Shown here: positions 27,961 to 31,960 of the stretch, piece after piece
How the letters are laid out: the number at the start of each line of letters is the position of its first letter
How positions within the stretch are numbered: the stretch's first letter is position 1
NCBI GenBank assembly: GCA_037137395.1
Contig: JBAXKK010000022.1
Coordinates: 1 to 31,960, forward strand
Direction: 5' to 3'
DNA: 31,960 nucleotides
Source: Elusimicrobiota bacterium
GTDB lineage: Bacteria > Elusimicrobiota > Elusimicrobia > Elusimicrobiales > UBA9959
Translations under genes and position numbers: made by a program
The notes under the pieces: model-generated
What the model was told of the DNA's origin: nothing
Databases searched by the model: none
Seen by the model: only the letters and a program-made list of their open reading frames with translations

Positions 27961-29304
27961 ATGAAAACAAACCGGCTCAGGGAAGTCGCCATAAACGTCT
28001 TCATTGGCTTTTCCGTGCTTGTGCTGCTGATCATGCTCGGCACCGCCGGCTTTATACTCAATGACACCAGGAATTCCATCTTAGAGGATATGCGTCAGTC
28101 TACCAGGATGTTTTCCAAGAGGGCCGGCGCGGCCATGTTCCCGAAAAAAGATCTATTCTCGCTGCATTTTCTCGTGAACACCCTGGCTCTGAACAAGACG
28201 ATAAAATACGCCGTGGTGTTCGATCTGGACGGCAGGGTGCGTTCCCACTCCAACCCGGAGAAACTGGGGGATATGGACGCCAGCCCCGAGGGGGCTGCGG
28301 CAAGGAAGTCCGCCAGTCCTCTTACCCAGACTTTTAAGGGCGGCGACGGCCTGGATTATTTTTATTTTTCAGAGCCTATAACCGTTGGCAGCAGGCGGCT
28401 TGGAACGGCCGCCGTGGCTATAAACAGTGAGACCATGAAGTACCGTCTGGCCGCCGCCACGCATAAGCTGATGTTTATTTTCCTGGCGGCGCTTGGCACC
28501 ATGGGGATGCTGCTGGTTATGAGGTCGCTGATGCGCAAGGTGCAAAGATCAGCCGCGCTGAAATCGGCCATGCTTCACACCGTAAGCCATGAATTCAATA
28601 ACGCTCTTACGGTCATAGACGCCGTTATTTTTCTGCTGGAGGAATCCGAACCTGAAAAACGCGATGCTTCGCGGGTCGCCCTGTACCGGACTCTTGACTA
28701 TGAGCGGAACTCCTTGAAGCGTTTCGTAAAGAACATTCTGAACGAAGCCAGGATGGATGCCGGCAGGTTCAAAATAGAGAAGAAAGCGCTGGCACTGAGC
28801 GATTTGATTTCCGGTTCCGTGTCGGCTATGGAAGAGCTGATGCGCAGCAAGAAGATTTCTCTGTCTATAGATATGCCAGGAGAGTCCCCGGTCGTGAACG
28901 CCGACCCCGAGGCGCTGGCGCTGGTGATCTCCAACCTGATAGGCAACGCCGTTAAATACACTCCGGCAAGCGGCCGGATAGCGGTCAGGCTGGCTCCGGA
29001 CGCGGAAAAATCCGGCTACATAACTTTTTATATAGAGAATTCCGGCCAGGGCATTGCCGCCGCCGATATCGAGAAAATAAAGACGGAATTTTTCAGGACC
29101 GGGGAAGGGCAGGCGGCTGCGGAAGGTTTCGGGCTTGGGCTTAAGATCTGTAACGACATGCTGCTCCTGCACGGCAGTTCGCTTGAAGTTCAAAGCGAGC
29201 CCGGCAAAAACGTCTCTTTCTCCTTCTCCCTGCCGCTGGCTGTAGGGACTTCTGATGGCCGGGTTGCCAGCCGGAGTAATAAATATAAAGGCGGGACCCT
29301 GTAA
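27961..29304 (+). CDS. Membrane sensor histidine kinase
   Basis: Two TMs around a periplasmic domain; H box VSHEFNNAL, N box NLIGNAVKYT, G1 NSGQGI, F box FFR and G2 GFGLGL. Confidence 0.93.
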   Translation: MKTNRLREVAINVFIGFSVLVLLIMLGTAGFILNDTRNSILEDMRQSTRMFSKRAGAAMFPKKDLFSLHFLVNTLALNKTIKYAVVFDLDGRVRSHSNPEKLGDMDASPEGAAARKSASPLTQTFKGGDGLDYFYFSEPITVGSRRLGTAAVAINSETMKYRLAAATHKLMFIFLAALGTMGMLLVMRSLMRKVQRSAALKSAMLHTVSHEFNNALTVIDAVIFLLEESEPEKRDASRVALYRTLDYERNSLKRFVKNILNEARMDAGRFKIEKKALALSDLISGSVSAMEELMRSKKISLSIDMPGESPVVNADPEALALVISNLIGNAVKYTPASGRIAVRLAPDAEKSGYITFYIENSGQGIAAADIEKIKTEFFRTGEGQAAAEGFGLGLKICNDMLLLHGSSLEVQSEPGKNVSFSFSLPLAVGTSDGRVASRSNKYKGGTL

Positions 29305-29323
29305 AATTGAGAATGGTAAAATT

Positions 29324-29355
29324 AAAAAAGCCCGGCTGAATTCAGCCGGGCTTTT
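29324..29355. terminator. Bidirectional intrinsic terminator (perfect 30-bp palindrome)
   Basis: AAAAGCCCGGCTGAA|TTCAGCCGGGCTTTT (29326-29355). Confidence 0.85.
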
Positions 29356-29389
29356 CTACTGGTAATGATCCGGGATTAACCGGTATGGA

Positions 29390-29464
29390 CCCAGTGAAAA
29401 ACTTCGGAGTCTAAGGATGAAAGTTCGACACCACTTCGCGTCACATCCCGAGGATTCATTATAA
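29390..29464 (+). pseudogene. Possible extreme C-terminal remnant of a large serine recombinase
   Basis: Reads PSEKLRSLRMKVRHHFASHPEDSL*, resembling the ...KVRTxFxxxP end that I recall from the same recombinase family as 31785-31960. Pattern recollection only. Confidence 0.3.
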
Positions 29465-29763
29465 ATACCGCTTTCGATCCGTTTTAGCGAAGGAGTCCCG
29501 ATCTTATCCGCGAGATGCCGCACGGTCGGCCACGCCGCGCGGGCCTGTTCCTGACAATGTTGAACAGCATTTATTCCGGTGGCCACGTATCGATAAAAAA
29601 CCACCCCGGCGTCCGCTGCGGTGGTCTTTTCTGTTAATGTTTTGTCGCCACCTGCGGGGAGCTGAAACTGCAAAGACCATAAGGTAGGACCAGGCCGGCA
29701 GCGGCTTGCCGCGAGATGGCCGCCGCTTCCGGCCTGGCCCGACCAGATGGGAGTAATTTGAAG

Positions 29764-29792
29764 TTGCACTAGTGATTTGATACGATTACCAT
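29764..29792 (+). promoter_or_regulatory. Candidate sigma70 promoter for the peptidase cassette
   Basis: TTGCAC-17 nt-TACCAT, 30 nt upstream of ATG 29823, which has an AGGGGG RBS. Confidence 0.4.
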
Positions 29793-29822
29793 ATAGTTAT
29801 GCCATTGGTTAGGGGGGAAATT

Positions 29823-30950
29823 ATGAGACCACTGTTTCAACTTGCGTTGTTGCTCGGCTTTGTCTTGCCGGCGATAAGTGCTGTTTCTGATGTCGATTTT
29901 GACGGAAAAAGTCAGAAATCGATAAGTCTTCTTCAAGAAATAGAGGCTAATCCCGCGGGAATCCCCACACCGGAAAATTACTCAAGTAATATCGACGTGA
30001 AGGTCGCTTATAAATCCGAGTCTGGCGAATGGATATCCAAGGCACCTGAAAAATCCGAGGATGGCGTTCTCAGATATTCGTTCCTTCCCGATGATGAAAT
30101 GCAGACAACCTACTCTTGCACCACTTCAAATCCGAATCCCAGCCCGAATTATTGGAAGGTAACATCCAAATATGTGAACGCACCAGCCAGAGGCGGGCAT
30201 TCGCACACGGACCCTGCCGCCCCCGTGTTGCAAATGCCTACGGGCGAGAATTTGCCGAACCCTTTTGTGTCTAATGTGGCGGCGGTAAACACCTCCGTGG
30301 TTTCCTATTGGAGAATCCCTTCGCCGGCTTATGCGACACGCATTACCCAAGATGCAAATTTCAGTTATGCATGTACCGGGACAAACCGAATAATAGTTGA
30401 TATGCAGGTTCCCAATCTCGTTGAACTGAAAGCTGGGAATGGCTACACTCTTGGCGGTACAACCACCCAGCATCCTTCGCCGTGGAACCACTATGTAACC
30501 AGTGATTTCAAAGTAAAACTTACCCAGATAGGTGAATCTTGGAAAGCGACATGCCCCAAATCAGATCCTTTGATATACAACGATATGAGTCTTCCGTGGG
30601 GTGGACTGTTCGATATTCACGGCAATTGGAAGACTCCGCATAGTGGACATCGCTTCGGTAACAATGCTGATATCTCGAAGAAATGGGTCAGAAAAGGCAA
30701 CAGGATTAAGTTAGTGCAAATGATATGCAGTTCTGCTCGGGTTTATTCCGAAGGGGATGAAGTTGATGAGGTGCCACATTATCATCTCGCACTGGAAACA
30801 TCTAAGCACTTAGAGGATTTTCCGGATCCGCTTGATTCAAGATATATGGACTGCTGCCTTTCTCCTGGCGTGCCGGTGGGATGCGTTAATCTTGAAAATA
30901 GCGGAGCCCCTGCCCAAGAAGAACTCGACGAAACGCCCGACTGCATCTAA
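29823..30950 (+). CDS. Exported protein with C-terminal MepA-like (LAS) zinc metallopeptidase domain
   Basis: Signal peptide; NDMSLPWGGLFD...PHSGHRFGNNADI (H-x6-D) and PHYHL (HxH); Cys-rich C-terminus. Confidence 0.7.
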   Translation: MRPLFQLALLLGFVLPAISAVSDVDFDGKSQKSISLLQEIEANPAGIPTPENYSSNIDVKVAYKSESGEWISKAPEKSEDGVLRYSFLPDDEMQTTYSCTTSNPNPSPNYWKVTSKYVNAPARGGHSHTDPAAPVLQMPTGENLPNPFVSNVAAVNTSVVSYWRIPSPAYATRITQDANFSYACTGTNRIIVDMQVPNLVELKAGNGYTLGGTTTQHPSPWNHYVTSDFKVKLTQIGESWKATCPKSDPLIYNDMSLPWGGLFDIHGNWKTPHSGHRFGNNADISKKWVRKGNRIKLVQMICSSARVYSEGDEVDEVPHYHLALETSKHLEDFPDPLDSRYMDCCLSPGVPVGCVNLENSGAPAQEELDETPDCI

Positions 30951-30959
30951 GGAGTAGCT

Positions 30960-31574
30960 ATGAAGAAAACATTGGCCATTCTAATACTGGTGGTTTCCGC
31001 TCACTGCGGTAGCTCAGGCGCAGAGCCTATTCCTGATTTCGCAAAGCAGAAGTGCCCGCAGTGCTACCAGGAATATGTTAAGTACTCTTACACCGTATCT
31101 TTGCCGGAAGGAATGCGAAAAGCGTTAAAAGAGTATTCGCCGGCGTTCAGGTTGTTTAAGATGTCGGATTTTGCTGAAGAGTTGAGGCTCCGGCCGGAAC
31201 CCGGAGTCTCTAACCTCTCAGCATATTCCGCTATATTTAATGACTTCAACGGGGATGGGCGTTTTGACGCGGCACTTCTTGGAGAGGTAACACCGGACAA
31301 GCATGAAACAGAAGGGTTTATCATACTCGCAATCCTTTCTGAGGGGGCTACAGGGTATAAAGTCGTGGAAGTCGCCGCTCTTGGCGTATCAAGGCCAGTA
31401 ACTACGTTCCTAAAACTAGCGCGTCCCGGTAAAGTATCTGAGGCCGGGCAGGATAGCGAAAGTGTTGATCTTAAAAATTACGGAATACTGCAAACTATGG
31501 GATACGGGACCACTGTGTATTACTGGGACGCGACCGAGAATAAATTCAAAAGCATCGCGACTGGAGGCGTATAA
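30960..31574 (+). CDS. Exported hypothetical protein, candidate immunity partner
   Basis: AAGGAG RBS overlapping the upstream stop; signal peptide; DFNGDGRFD Ca-binding-like loop; C-terminal YYWD..KF. Confidence 0.75.
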   Translation: MKKTLAILILVVSAHCGSSGAEPIPDFAKQKCPQCYQEYVKYSYTVSLPEGMRKALKEYSPAFRLFKMSDFAEELRLRPEPGVSNLSAYSAIFNDFNGDGRFDAALLGEVTPDKHETEGFIILAILSEGATGYKVVEVAALGVSRPVTTFLKLARPGKVSEAGQDSESVDLKNYGILQTMGYGTTVYYWDATENKFKSIATGGV

Positions 31575-31784
31575 AATATACGCCATAGATTGGCAAGCTT
31601 ACGCAAAACCGCTGGGAAGACCAGCGGTTTTGTTTTTCAGTAATTATTTGTCACTAAAAGTGGTAGGACTAATGGGCAGCCCTGACATAGACTAAATATT
31701 ATCGTTAAGTGGTTTTTCATAAATGCCGGTGGTCTCCCAGTATTTAAATACCCTGCCTGCCACAGGTGTTATTAGACCTGCTAT

Positions 31785-31960
31785 ATGATCGCAGCTTTTC
31801 CCCGGCAGGGAGCAAATCGGTTCGAACCGGAAATTAATTTCTACAGGGAGGCGGCGCACGTCGGGGAACTGGCGGAGAGCGGAAAAGCGGAGGAAAACCG
31901 GGAAAAGTTGAAAAAGATCGGTTCGAACTTCCGTATAGGCAGGCGGCGGCTTTCCGTCGA
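31785..31960 (+). mobile_element. C-terminal fragment of a large serine (site-specific) recombinase, running off window
   Basis: Absent from the ORF track: MIAAFPRQGANRFEPEINFYREAAHVGELAESGKAEENREKLKKIGSNFRIGRRRLSV. The (W/R)(L/F)EP...LKKIGSN pattern is recalled from recombinase tails in CPR/Elusimicrobia-type genomes. No catalytic N-terminus lies upstream. Confidence 0.55.

Noticed and set aside
29356..29769. 137-aa minus-strand ORF
   Set aside because: It has a GTG start, no recognisable motifs, and crosses hairpin-rich sequence. It cannot be fully excluded because it ends at the bidirectional terminator.
31462..31695. 77-aa ORF overlapping the end of the candidate immunity gene
   Set aside because: It has a TTG start, a 113-nt out-of-frame overlap and no motifs.
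31816..31928. GGTTCGAA motifs as tRNA T-loops
   Set aside because: No cloverleaf, acceptor stem or anticodon arm can be built around them.

Overview
Bacterial chromosome window, almost entirely + strand. The gene content suggests a Gram-negative lineage such as Elusimicrobiota, but that is an inference. It contains the end of the ribosomal/alpha operon (infA 3' end, rpmJ, rpsM, rpsK, rpsD, rpoA, rplQ) and the elongasome cluster (mreBCD, mrdA, rodA). These are followed by a DUF2344 protein, RNase E/G, an amidase, murI, a HicA-like gene, a lipoprotein, a ComB-like phosphatase, queC, queE, a PLD-family enzyme, hpt, ftsH, cdaA, a SUI1/YciH gene (- strand), a GH3 beta-glucosidase, an outer-membrane beta-barrel/TPR protein and an orphan histidine kinase. 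After a perfect 30-bp palindrome near 29.35 kb lies an accessory cassette: a secreted MepA-like (LAS) metallopeptidase plus a partner protein, bracketed by apparent serine-recombinase C-terminal fragments. The most notable unannotated signals are: (i) three copies of a composite palindromic repeat built from 16-bp units, in alternating orientation; (ii) inverted pairs of 7-bp tandem arrays, with different unit sequences, in many intergenic gaps; (iii) a 32-aa transmembrane-only 'mini-CdaR' coupled to cdaA; (iv) an antitoxin-less HicA with Tyr in place of its catalytic His; and (v) the recombinase-remnant-flanked peptidase/immunity-like cassette. No rRNA, tRNA or CRISPR array was found. All homology calls come from reading motifs by eye; no database searches were run.
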